A DNA stretch of 64,000 nt from a virus (lineage: Duplodnaviria; Caudoviricetes), in IMG/VR virus record IMGVR_UViG_3300010338_000575. One strand, given 5' to 3'. Shown here piece after piece: positions 50,519 to 60,114 of the stretch. A program made the position numbers and the translations under genes. The notes below the pieces were generated by a model. The model did no database searches. It was not told the origin of the DNA and saw only the letters and a program-made list of their open reading frames with translations. Position 1 is the stretch's first letter; every line of letters starts with the position of its first letter.

Positions 50519-51415
50519 TTAATTAATTACAATATTTTTTTGTAACATTAACTCAAATTCCAATTTCTCTAACTTGTTAATAATTTCAGTTTTTTCTGCT
50601 GGTAACGCTGAATATCCATGTATATGATTAACTAAAGCATCTCTAATTACTCTTAACGCTTCAACTAAAACATCACCACGCACCATAGGATGACCCTCAT
50701 TAAATATTCTAACCCTATCTTCTTGTGTTACATTTGATGCTTTAAATTGTGGAATTCCATTATGTGAAATAATTGCAATTTTATCACTAGTTATTACAGT
50801 ATTACTATAATAATCATTATTACCAGTTTGATTTGGTTCAAAATTTAAATTAATTTCAGCAGGATTTTTTGTATTTAATTTTAAAATATTATTGTTTTCA
50901 TGTTTACCTGCTCGTATATGTACCTCATTATTTCTTAAAATAATATCAGTATTAACTCTACCAATAATAGCAATGTCTGTTTTTCGTGGAAACACACCCT
51001 CAGATTCAGGTATTTTTGATGGTGCTACATCGGGTGCGACAATACCATAATTAGTTGTTGATAATGCCGTTAAATTGTCATCATATTCAATCTTATGTAA
51101 TTGTGATATAACACTACCCAACCAAAATCTACTTCTCATTGGAAATTGTATATCTTCAAGAAAAATTCTCACAATTTCACCTTTTTGGGGGTATATGTGA
51201 AAAAATTTAGGTAATAATGGATAAGACCAAGGTAATTCATTATCACTAATTTTATTATCCAAATCAGGTATTCTAACCTTAATTCTCCCACCATCAGTTT
51301 CATCATCAATACTTACTACAGTACCATAATATATCGTCCTTTGTATTGATACATAAGACGTTACTGGTGAATATGGGTTGCTTGTGTTTATTATTTTATT
51401 TACATAACTATCCAT
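50519..51415 (-). CDS. Baseplate spike (gp5/gpV-like)
   Basis: OB-fold V.SIDD....GRIKVRI, P..GE.V; C-terminal HIH. Confidence 0.8.
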   Translation of the reverse strand: MDSYVNKIINTSNPYSPVTSYVSIQRTIYYGTVVSIDDETDGGRIKVRIPDLDNKISDNELPWSYPLLPKFFHIYPQKGEIVRIFLEDIQFPMRSRFWLGSVISQLHKIEYDDNLTALSTTNYGIVAPDVAPSKIPESEGVFPRKTDIAIIGRVNTDIILRNNEVHIRAGKHENNNILKLNTKNPAEINLNFEPNQTGNNDYYSNTVITSDKIAIISHNGIPQFKASNVTQEDRVRIFNEGHPMVRGDVLVEALRVIRDALVNHIHGYSALPAEKTEIINKLEKLEFELMLQKNIVIN

Positions 51416-51635
51416 CTATTTTATTACCCCTTTCTAATAACTCTTCAATTATTGCAACATATAATTTTTCATATAATTCCAATTCAGCAACATCATTATT
51501 AATTTCATTTTGAATTGAATCGATTTTATATGTATTGTTAATAATACGTTCCTTTATGATATTATGATTTTTTATAATATCATCACATATCTTCACCAAT
51601 TCAATATCAGTAAAATTTGAAAAATCATCCATCAC
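51408..51635 (-). CDS. Small hypothetical protein
   Basis: Overlapping operonic ORF. Confidence 0.6.
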   Translation of the reverse strand: MMDDFSNFTDIELVKICDDIIKNHNIIKERIINNTYKIDSIQNEINNDVAELELYEKLYVAIIEELLERGNKIDG

Positions 51636-52039
51636 TGTATAACTCCATATCCCTTTGTATATGTAATTGATGAACCAAATACCGATACAGGACCTGCTGG
51701 CGATATACCAGTTGCTGAAACTGTAATACCGGGCGGTATTGCTACCGATATTATAGCATCTTCTTGTAATGCTCTTATGATTTCTTCAATTCTAATTCTC
51801 TCCATAATTTCATCAGGATTTGTATTACCATTTGGTAATGGACCAACAGGTAAACCTGCTTCACTTTTTCTCGATATAATACGTGTTGCAATTTTTATTG
51901 CAGATAATCCACCTCTTTTAGGCACACCAACTAATATCATTGGCGTTGGTATTGGTGGTGGACTACCAACTGAAGATAAACTTAAAATTCTATCAAAACC
52001 ACTAATAATTGAATCAATATTGCTATAATCAATAGCCAT
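51632..52039 (-). CDS. Putative baseplate-associated protein
   Basis: Pro/Gly-rich; near the spike gene. Confidence 0.55.
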   Translation of the reverse strand: MAIDYSNIDSIISGFDRILSLSSVGSPPPIPTPMILVGVPKRGGLSAIKIATRIISRKSEAGLPVGPLPNGNTNPDEIMERIRIEEIIRALQEDAIISVAIPPGITVSATGISPAGPVSVFGSSITYTKGYGVIQ

Positions 52040-52049
52040 ATTATTTTTT

Positions 52050-52229
52050 TTATTTTTTCAATTCTTTTAATTTTTTTATATCAATCCATTTCCAACCAAA
52101 CAATAAATTGATAATAATTCGCCTAAATAAATTAGGTTTTACTGTTGTTGCTAATTGAACACCATTAACATTACCATCGATTAAATAAACACCAACAAAT
52201 TGTTTATTTATTTTTTGATCAACTATCAT
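52050..52229 (-). CDS. Small hypothetical protein (59 aa, below ORF-track cutoff)
   Basis: MIVDQKINKQFVGVYLIDG...LLFGWKWIDIKKLKELKK. Confidence 0.6.
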   Translation of the reverse strand: MIVDQKINKQFVGVYLIDGNVNGVQLATTVKPNLFRRIIINLLFGWKWIDIKKLKELKK

Positions 52230-52255
52230 ACATCTTAATTTTTAAAATGAAGTTA

Positions 52256-53575
52256 TTATGTTTCTACAACACTTGTTAGACTTTTTATTATTTTTTTGAA
52301 ATTATCAATTTTTTCTTTCATTTTTTTTCTAATTATAGGTTCTAACATTTTTTTTAATTTAATAAAAACAAATGTAACAATAAAACCAACAACCAACAAT
52401 ATAATTTCCTTCACCATACATTTAATCATAATTTTCCATTTTTTTACATCATCCTTTGCTTTAGTTAGCATTGCTTGACCTTGATTTTGAAAACCATTCA
52501 TCACACCCATTAACATTCGTATTTGTGGTGCTGTTGTAACTGCTGTTATCATTTTAATTACAAGAGTATTTATTATTTTTTGTATAAAATTTTCTTGAAT
52601 CGCTTCTTTATTTTTATTAAAAACATCATCATTACTACTAACACTTGAATTTATAGCATCGTCAATAGCATTACTAACTACATTAGGATCGTCTGTATTG
52701 GTAATATCATTAATCATTTTATTGAAATCATCAATACTTAATTGTGTTTGTATTATACCACAACCCATATCATGATTAACAACACCATTTGATAGTTGAT
52801 TAGCCAACGTATCCAATTCATTCAATTCATTTGGTGATAGTTCAAAAGAATCATTACCATTCATTAAATTTTCTAACATTTTTTCTAATATCAATTCATC
52901 CAATATTTGTTCTTTTGTTTTTTCTTGTTCTTTTGATAGTGTTCCAAATATTCTATCCATAGTATTTGCAACAATCTCATCACTATTGATAAGTTGTGTA
53001 TCATCAATATAATTAGAAAAGAAATCACCAATATTTGTTGAACTACCATTGGATTTAATATTAAATCCATCTGTATTTGAATCGTATGTTATTTTTATAT
53101 TATTACATTCTACAGGTGTACCATTTGCAACAATAGCATCATGTGCTTTATAATCAAAATTATTAAAATTTGGTTGTCCGTATAATATTAGACCACCTTT
53201 ATTAACAGAATTTGGTTCTATTTTTAATTTACCATTAGTATCAATGCTATTTACAGGCATATTAATACCATTATTAGTAAATGTCGTTGGTAATTGTTCA
53301 TTCGCATTCGATTGTATAAATTGTTTTTTTAATCCCTTTTTTAAATTTGCTTCAGAACCTTTAATCATTTTAGTTAATAAACTACCAAGCAACATTTTCA
53401 CTGCAGCAGCACCTGCAATTGCTTTTAATGTATCCAATAAAAAAGGAATCGAATCTTTTGAATTATTAATAGACGACATACCATCTCTTTGAATTGGCAC
53501 ATTTCCCTGCCGATTCATAGAATTATATGCTTTAATATTATTAAGCACATTTCTTTTATCGTCCGCTCTACTCAT
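52256..53575 (-). CDS. Putative virion protein
   Basis: 439 aa in a late operon; hydrophobic helices. Confidence 0.55.
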   Translation of the reverse strand: MSRADDKRNVLNNIKAYNSMNRQGNVPIQRDGMSSINNSKDSIPFLLDTLKAIAGAAAVKMLLGSLLTKMIKGSEANLKKGLKKQFIQSNANEQLPTTFTNNGINMPVNSIDTNGKLKIEPNSVNKGGLILYGQPNFNNFDYKAHDAIVANGTPVECNNIKITYDSNTDGFNIKSNGSSTNIGDFFSNYIDDTQLINSDEIVANTMDRIFGTLSKEQEKTKEQILDELILEKMLENLMNGNDSFELSPNELNELDTLANQLSNGVVNHDMGCGIIQTQLSIDDFNKMINDITNTDDPNVVSNAIDDAINSSVSSNDDVFNKNKEAIQENFIQKIINTLVIKMITAVTTAPQIRMLMGVMNGFQNQGQAMLTKAKDDVKKWKIMIKCMVKEIILLVVGFIVTFVFIKLKKMLEPIIRKKMKEKIDNFKKIIKSLTSVVET

Positions 53576-53946
53576 TGTATTTTACGTTTTTCTATTTCTT
53601 GAGCAACCATATTTAATAATTCATTTCTTCTTTCACTATCAACAATATCTTTTCCATCACCGTTTTTATTAGTTGTTGAATTTTCTTTATTGTCGTAAAC
53701 AACTTCTTTTAAATATTTCAATAACATTATTTTTTGGTCTTGATTTTTTGCTTCCGCAGCAATTAGTTTAACAATTTGATCACCAATTGCTGCAACTTCA
53801 CCATTTTCTTTAACCTTTGCTTCCCATTTTGTGAAAAGTCTTGCAATTTTTGCCCTAATATTATGTGAATCGTCATAGATTTCTTGAAGAAGATTATTTA
53901 CACTATCTTCATCAAATTTTAATTTTTTTCTTTGTGGTCTTGGCAT
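53572..53946 (-). CDS. Hypothetical helical protein
   Basis: Late motif upstream; coupled to the next gene. Confidence 0.65.
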   Translation of the reverse strand: MPRPQRKKLKFDEDSVNNLLQEIYDDSHNIRAKIARLFTKWEAKVKENGEVAAIGDQIVKLIAAEAKNQDQKIMLLKYLKEVVYDNKENSTTNKNGDGKDIVDSERRNELLNMVAQEIEKRKIQ

Positions 53947-54027
53947 TGTTTCAATCTCTTTATAAATTTACATTAATTTTAGTACATATAAATACTAATT
54001 ATTAACATTTTAATAAACACAAAAAAA

Positions 54028-54900
54028 TTATAATAATTTCATTTTTTCAAAATAATAAATATCTCTATAAGGTTTAATTCCATGACGAATTTCTTTGGTT
54101 GTTAATCCTGTTTGTTCTTTTAAAAATAATAGTATTTTATTTTTTGCGAATTTATTTGTTATTTTTTTATCGAAATTTCCTTCAGGTGTTTCTTCTAAAA
54201 ACAATACTTGCCAATTCTTTAAAATATTAACAATTGCATCACCAACAATTATTTCATTTTTTTTTAATGTTAAATCTGTTTCTATTTTATTTTCGATATT
54301 GACAATAATAATATTAATCAACTCGTCTAAATAATTATGCGAATTGTTATCAATATGATATACATATTCATCCATTTCACTAATTTCATTAACACGATCA
54401 TCAAATGATAACATTGCTAATTTTTCCGTGTAGGTTCGTTTACTGTGATCCTTATAATAATTTCTTACAATTGTTTGACAATAACTAAACGCTTTAGAAT
54501 AAAAAATTCTATATTGAATGTTTTTATTTTTATCAATTAAGTTATTTAAATCATTTTTTGCATCAACAATATCCCAAAATCTATGTTCATTATCTAATTT
54601 AACCCATTTATTGGCGACACTATCATAATATTCTATAATATATGGTCTATATTTAACCATATGTTCAATCAAATGGGTTAATGCATTTGATTCAATTTCT
54701 GAGAATTCATAGTTACCAACATGTATTGGATATCTATGAAGTATAGATTGAATCATTTTTCGAAAAGGATTAAGCAGTATTTCGTTATATATTCTATTTT
54801 TTTCTTCCCACGAATTAGAATTTATATAATCAAAAACCGCTTTTTCCTCTCTTTCTGCAAAATATAACGATTTTTCATCATTTTTACGTTTCTCTTTCAT
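54028..54900 (-). CDS. Probable phage late sigma factor (gp55-like)
   Basis: KAFSYCQTIVRNY resembles sigma region 2; YF..REE.A N-terminus. Confidence 0.6.
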   Translation of the reverse strand: MKEKRKNDEKSLYFAEREEKAVFDYINSNSWEEKNRIYNEILLNPFRKMIQSILHRYPIHVGNYEFSEIESNALTHLIEHMVKYRPYIIEYYDSVANKWVKLDNEHRFWDIVDAKNDLNNLIDKNKNIQYRIFYSKAFSYCQTIVRNYYKDHSKRTYTEKLAMLSFDDRVNEISEMDEYVYHIDNNSHNYLDELINIIIVNIENKIETDLTLKKNEIIVGDAIVNILKNWQVLFLEETPEGNFDKKITNKFAKNKILLFLKEQTGLTTKEIRHGIKPYRDIYYFEKMKLL

Positions 54901-54945
54901 TAACCATATAATAAATAAATTATATTATATTTCAAAAAACATTAT

Positions 54946-55752
54946 CTATTCATATATTACTGACATATCGATTGGTCTATCATTAGTATACACGTATTCT
55001 TTTATTGCAACATTATACCAAAATCTTCTTTCAACAAAATTCATTGTTTTCTTATAATTATCAAACAAACTATTTATACGTGTTGACCAATGTTTATATC
55101 CAATTTTTGGAATTGTATAAACTTTACATGCATTATTAATTGCTCTTAGTAAAAATTCATGCATGAATGTTAATTTAATGTTTGATTTATACCCACCAAT
55201 ATTAATAAATTCAGATTTTTTAAAAACAGCACCAGATAAATTAAAATCTGTAAATTGTTTTAAAATATCGTGATTTAAATAACCTAATTCACCGTTTTCA
55301 CCAATAACTTGTTGCGACCATGTTAATTCATTTGTTAGTTTAATTCCTTGATTATTATCATTAACTTCAACAATTATTGGTAAAAACACATCAATTTGTG
55401 GATATGTGTTAATATATCTATTTACCACATTAAAATAAACTTGACTATACTCATCATCAAATTCAAGAACAGAAAAATAATCAGTTGTTACATGATTTAC
55501 CGCAAAATTTACTTGACTTTGATAATCGGATGAACCAGTGTTTTTTAAGTAAGTTATTGATAATTTATTTGTTGTTTCTGGTAATTTAATATTTGTCATT
55601 AAACTATCATCAATATCAGCAGCATATACTATTATTACTTTAGGTAATTCATTAATATTTATTTGATTTGCAACTGACTCAATCGCCTTAACTAAATAAT
55701 CACGATATTCATCATTTATCTCGTGTATTGGTACTATTACTGTATTATTCAT
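54946..55752 (-). CDS. GT2-family glycosyltransferase
   Basis: TVIVPIH...AIESV..Q, VLEFDD. Confidence 0.8.
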   Translation of the reverse strand: MNNTVIVPIHEINDEYRDYLVKAIESVANQININELPKVIIVYAADIDDSLMTNIKLPETTNKLSITYLKNTGSSDYQSQVNFAVNHVTTDYFSVLEFDDEYSQVYFNVVNRYINTYPQIDVFLPIIVEVNDNNQGIKLTNELTWSQQVIGENGELGYLNHDILKQFTDFNLSGAVFKKSEFINIGGYKSNIKLTFMHEFLLRAINNACKVYTIPKIGYKHWSTRINSLFDNYKKTMNFVERRFWYNVAIKEYVYTNDRPIDMSVIYE

Positions 55753-55775
55753 AATATTTACTTGTTTGTTTTATA

Positions 55776-56918
55776 TTATTCGTTATTATTATTATTTAAT
55801 GCAGATTCAAATAACATTTTTCTTTGATTAATGAAAGACGTATACAAATCAATCAACATTTTTTGACTTTCTTCTTGTGTGTATTTCGATGCAACCAAAT
55901 CCATTTCAGTGTATATCGATTGTTCAATATTATCATCCAAAAACTTTGTTATCAATTCACCAGTAATTATCGGTAAATCATAAAAATTATTAGTCCAAAT
56001 ACCAACATTATCTTTTATTTTAACTGGTTTGTTTTCTTCATTTCTTTCTATAATATATTCAGGCACAATATCAGGTAATAAACAAATTGGTATCACACCA
56101 GATTTCATACACTCAAGTGGAAATGTACCAAAATTTGAAATTCTGTCAATCCAAACTGCAGCAAAATTTTCACGTAATCTATTAGCAAAATCAATTCTTC
56201 TCATTTGCTGTGGGGGTTTACTCTTAGTTAACATTGGATCAAAACTAATCCAATTATAATGTGGGTATTTACTATAAAATAATTTAACAAATTTTGAAAT
56301 TTCATTAGGATTTCTTCCGATAATTGAAATTATTGGTTTTTGGGGTAAATCACTTTTTTTGAAATAATCAGGAATTCCTATATTATATGTATAAATATTA
56401 AATTTATTTACACCATAAAAATTCTCTAATGTTTCTTTTAGAATTTGTGATGTTGTAATTATATCACGAATATTAAATAAACTTAAATCAATACCCGGGA
56501 GTAATGAATTATACATATAATCCAACGATTGAACGAAAGCAATTTTATGACAGGGTAATGTTTTTACATGTTCCATGACATTAGTAAAAACCTCAGGTAT
56601 TATTATAAAATCTTCTGCACCAACATTTAAACCAGTGTTTGTCATTGGTAAATGTTTAAAATCAGTCAATTCCGTTTCAATCCAATCAGGAATTTTATAA
56701 CCATCATTCTCAACTAATATATAAACATCAAAACCCATACGCTTAACAACTGTTGCGTGAAAATATAACTCATATACGCTTGCAACAGGATTTTGTGATT
56801 CTGGAATACAGAATAAAAATTTTGATTTTTTATTATTAAGTTTATTTAATGATTCCATAACCATACTTAATTTTTCTGTATTCACATCATTTAAATTATT
56901 ATTTATAATTTCACTCAT
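55776..56918 (-). CDS. GT-B (GT4-like) glycosyltransferase
   Basis: IIIPEV, NFGTFPLECMKSGVIPI. Confidence 0.75.
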   Translation of the reverse strand: MSEIINNNLNDVNTEKLSMVMESLNKLNNKKSKFLFCIPESQNPVASVYELYFHATVVKRMGFDVYILVENDGYKIPDWIETELTDFKHLPMTNTGLNVGAEDFIIIPEVFTNVMEHVKTLPCHKIAFVQSLDYMYNSLLPGIDLSLFNIRDIITTSQILKETLENFYGVNKFNIYTYNIGIPDYFKKSDLPQKPIISIIGRNPNEISKFVKLFYSKYPHYNWISFDPMLTKSKPPQQMRRIDFANRLRENFAAVWIDRISNFGTFPLECMKSGVIPICLLPDIVPEYIIERNEENKPVKIKDNVGIWTNNFYDLPIITGELITKFLDDNIEQSIYTEMDLVASKYTQEESQKMLIDLYTSFINQRKMLFESALNNNNNE

Positions 56919-56924
56919 ATTAAC

Positions 56925-57659
56925 CTATTTTTTATATTTAATTATTTTTTCAAATTGTGGATTATCAATAAGTTCTTTTATTTGTATAATTTCAAAAGAA
57001 CATTTTTTAATATTTTCATTATAAGGTCTATTAACTTTAATTAGTTTTTTACCCCAAGGTACACCCAATTCGAGTATTACTGGATCGGAAGTTATTAAAA
57101 CATCAATATCATTCCACATATCCATAGATTTATCAACAAATCTATAATTTTTAAATCGACAAGATATTTTACTCAAAAAAAATAGTGTTGGTGGTATTGT
57201 AAACCAATTTTCAACTGAAAGTACATGAAAATCTACACGTGATTCATATTTTTTAATTAATTTATTTATATCTAAATCAATATTTTTATACATTGCAGGT
57301 GCAGCACCATGTATTTCAAATAAAAAATCTTCATACATAAATCGATTATAAACTTCTTTAGCGTTTAATTTAACCTCTTGTTCTTTTTTAAATAAAAAGA
57401 CATCTGCAGGTGCTTCACCAGTTTTTTTATCCACCTCATAATAAATTGGGTTAATATCATCTGGTGTATCTTCAGGTTCTTTCAATTCTTTAATTTTTTC
57501 AACAATATCATTAAATTTATAATTGTTAAAAAAATCATACACATATGGATTATCGGGGACACCATCTTCGCCAAATTCTTGTACATAATACCTATCAAAT
57601 TGTAACCATTTGGCTCTTAATATTTCATCAATAGATATACCAACTTTAATCTTTCTCAT
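56925..57659 (-). CDS. HAD-like 5'(3')-nucleotidase homolog, degenerate
   Basis: VGISIDEILR, DVLITSDP, RPYN. Confidence 0.55.
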   Translation of the reverse strand: MRKIKVGISIDEILRAKWLQFDRYYVQEFGEDGVPDNPYVYDFFNNYKFNDIVEKIKELKEPEDTPDDINPIYYEVDKKTGEAPADVFLFKKEQEVKLNAKEVYNRFMYEDFLFEIHGAAPAMYKNIDLDINKLIKKYESRVDFHVLSVENWFTIPPTLFFLSKISCRFKNYRFVDKSMDMWNDIDVLITSDPVILELGVPWGKKLIKVNRPYNENIKKCSFEIIQIKELIDNPQFEKIIKYKK

Positions 57660-57948
57660 TATTATCCTGTTCGTTATTAATTAAACTTATTTGATATTTT
57701 AATTCATCATTTAATTTTTTCATTAATTCAGTATGTTCTTTAACCAATTCACTATCAGTAATGTATTTAGGATTTATACATTCAACTCTAGAATCAACAG
57801 AATTGGTTGGTATTATTATAATTTCACCTTCAAATGTTTTGGGTATTATTTTACGTGCAATATTATGCACATAATATTCAATATCAACACTTCTGATATT
57901 AGCAACACCAACATATATTACAAGTATTTTACTTTCCATTATTTGCAA
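57646..57948 (-). CDS. Hypothetical protein
   Basis: Operonic ORF; RVECINP. Confidence 0.6.
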   Translation of the reverse strand: MQIMESKILVIYVGVANIRSVDIEYYVHNIARKIIPKTFEGEIIIIPTNSVDSRVECINPKYITDSELVKEHTELMKKLNDELKYQISLINNEQDNNEKD

Positions 57949-57955
57949 TTATTTT

Positions 57956-58753
57956 TTATGGTATTTTAAATAATTCATCATATTCTGATGATTTTTTTGA
58001 ATAAAATTCTTTATATTTATTCTCAATAACCGTAATAAGTGGATTTCTAATATTAGTATCAATATCTGACATTATTATTGTACCAATATTATCGACATTT
58101 TCAAACATTTTTACTAAAACATTAAGTGAACTATCTTCCTTATTTTTCATATCAATTTGATTGGTATCACCTAATAATATTAGTTTACAATTATTACCAA
58201 TTCTAGTTAATAATGTTCTTGAATTGTCAAGACTAACATTTTGTACTTCATCCGCAATAATAATACAATTATCAAGACTAGCACCTCTCATATACGCCAA
58301 AGGAAATGGTCTTATAATTTCATTCTCAATTAATGTTTTTAAAATATTGTTAGGTATTATTTTTTCAATATTTATGTAAAAACTCCACATAAACGGTTCT
58401 ATTTTTTCTTTCATATCTCCCTTTAAAAAACCAATTTCTTCACCCTTTAGTGTTGTTACAGATTTTACCAAATAAATCTTTTTATAAAAATTATTTGGTT
58501 TCCTAAGTAAACTTAACGCATATGCAATCGCTACAAACGTTTTACCAGTACCAGCAGGACCTGTACATATGGTTATTTCATTATTTTTTATTGAATTAAT
58601 TAATTTTTTTTGACTTTCATTTTTTGCAACTATTTTAATATCATTTGGTAATAATTTACTGATATCTTCTTTAAATTTATTTAATTCATTCGTAAAATTA
58701 TTAAAAACCAATTCTTCAAAATCAGTTTGTTCTCTATATCTATTTTTCGCCAT
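57956..58753 (-). CDS. phoH: PhoH-like ATPase
   Basis: GPAGTGKT, GFLKG...EK, YMRGAS, DEVQN, TRIG, GDTNQID. Confidence 0.95.
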   Translation of the reverse strand: MAKNRYREQTDFEELVFNNFTNELNKFKEDISKLLPNDIKIVAKNESQKKLINSIKNNEITICTGPAGTGKTFVAIAYALSLLRKPNNFYKKIYLVKSVTTLKGEEIGFLKGDMKEKIEPFMWSFYINIEKIIPNNILKTLIENEIIRPFPLAYMRGASLDNCIIIADEVQNVSLDNSRTLLTRIGNNCKLILLGDTNQIDMKNKEDSSLNVLVKMFENVDNIGTIIMSDIDTNIRNPLITVIENKYKEFYSKKSSEYDELFKIP

Positions 58754-58889
58754 AATTAAATTTAATTAAAAAATCATTTACAATTATTAATACGTTATTT
58801 TTTTAAAATATTTGAAAATTTTTATAATTTTTTTAAAAAAATAGTATTTATAGAAAAAATAATAATAATATATAATTTTTTATAAAATT

Positions 58890-59873
58890 ATGGATGCTCA
58901 GAATAACCAAAAAAATGAAAGTATTAGCGAATTATTAAAAAAATATAAAGAAAAATATGGTAATCACATTGGTGGTTTTGATGAACAAAAAAATCCAATA
59001 TTAAACAAACCAAATATTGATGATAATCAAATTAATTTGCAAGATAAAAATAATAATATCACAATCAACACTCAACAAATTATTAATAAAAATGATATAA
59101 ACGATATAAAATCGACAATACAAAAAGAAACCGATCCTGATTTGATGATAACATATGAATTAGTTAAATTACCATCAAAAGGATTATTTTATTCAAATAA
59201 ATTATCTGAACTTGCGGTTGAATATCTAACATCAAAAGATGAAGATATGTTAACAACACCAACTTTAATTGAAAGTGGTGCAGTTATTGACATGTTATTG
59301 AAAAGAAAAATAAAAACACCTAACGTGAAACCAGAAGATTTATTACCCGGTGACCGAAATGCAATTATTTTATTTTTACGAACATCAAGTTATGGTACTA
59401 ATTATACAGTACAAGTTACCGATCCTCGTAATAATACAACATTTAAAACTGTAGTTGATTTAACAAAATTAAAATATAAAGAACTTAAAGAATTACCTGA
59501 TGAATTTGGTCATTTTACTGTTGAATTACCAATGCGTAAAAAAATTGTAAAATTTAGACTATTAACAGCAGGTGAGGAAAATATGATATATAAAAAAGCA
59601 CAAGCATTGCAAGAAGCACACGGCGATGAATTTAACCAATATTCAACAATGAAATTGAAATCAAGTATTGTTGCTATTGGTGATAATACTGATAGATTAT
59701 ATATTGAAAAATTTGTTGATGCAATGCCTGCTTTAGATGCATATGCAATACGTAAAAAAATGTTAGAAGTAAGTCCTGACGTTGATATGACATACGAATT
59801 TGAAACAAAAGACCATTATAAATTTACATCAACTTTAATTATTGGATTAGATTTTTTTTTCCCAAGCATTTAG
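58890..59873 (+). CDS. Tail assembly chaperone / T4 gp26-like protein
   Basis: LPSKGLFY, LT.KDE..L, GDRNAII.FLR, ends DFFFPSI; upstream of tape measure. Confidence 0.75.
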   Translation: MDAQNNQKNESISELLKKYKEKYGNHIGGFDEQKNPILNKPNIDDNQINLQDKNNNITINTQQIINKNDINDIKSTIQKETDPDLMITYELVKLPSKGLFYSNKLSELAVEYLTSKDEDMLTTPTLIESGAVIDMLLKRKIKTPNVKPEDLLPGDRNAIILFLRTSSYGTNYTVQVTDPRNNTTFKTVVDLTKLKYKELKELPDEFGHFTVELPMRKKIVKFRLLTAGEENMIYKKAQALQEAHGDEFNQYSTMKLKSSIVAIGDNTDRLYIEKFVDAMPALDAYAIRKKMLEVSPDVDMTYEFETKDHYKFTSTLIIGLDFFFPSI

Positions 59874-60067
59874 CGGGTGAATATAAAAAAATGGTAAATG
59901 ATGAAATTTATATTTTAACAAAACATGCAAGATTTAATGCCGAATATATTGAAAATATACCCGTATATAGAAGAAGGTATTATTTATATTTATTAGAAAA
60001 AGAAATTGAAGAAATTGAAAAATTAAAAGAAAAAGAAATGAAAAAAATTAAACAAAAACCGAGATAA
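59852..60067 (+). CDS. -1 frame extension of the chaperone (gp51/GT-like); own ATG at 59891
   Basis: Open frame from the T9 run: PKHLAGEYKKMVNDEIYILTKH...IPVYRRRYYL. Confidence 0.7.
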   Translation, partial: FFFPKHLAGEYKKMVNDEIYILTKHARFNAEYIENIPVYRRRYYLYLLEKEIEEIEKLKEKEMKKIKQKPR

Positions 60068-60086
60068 TTCAATTCTCGGTTTTTTT
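60055..60086 (+). terminator. Intrinsic terminator
   Basis: AAAACCGAGA...TCTCGGTTTTTTT. Confidence 0.75.
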
Positions 60087-60114
60087 GTATTTATATTTAA
60101 ACAAATAAATAATT

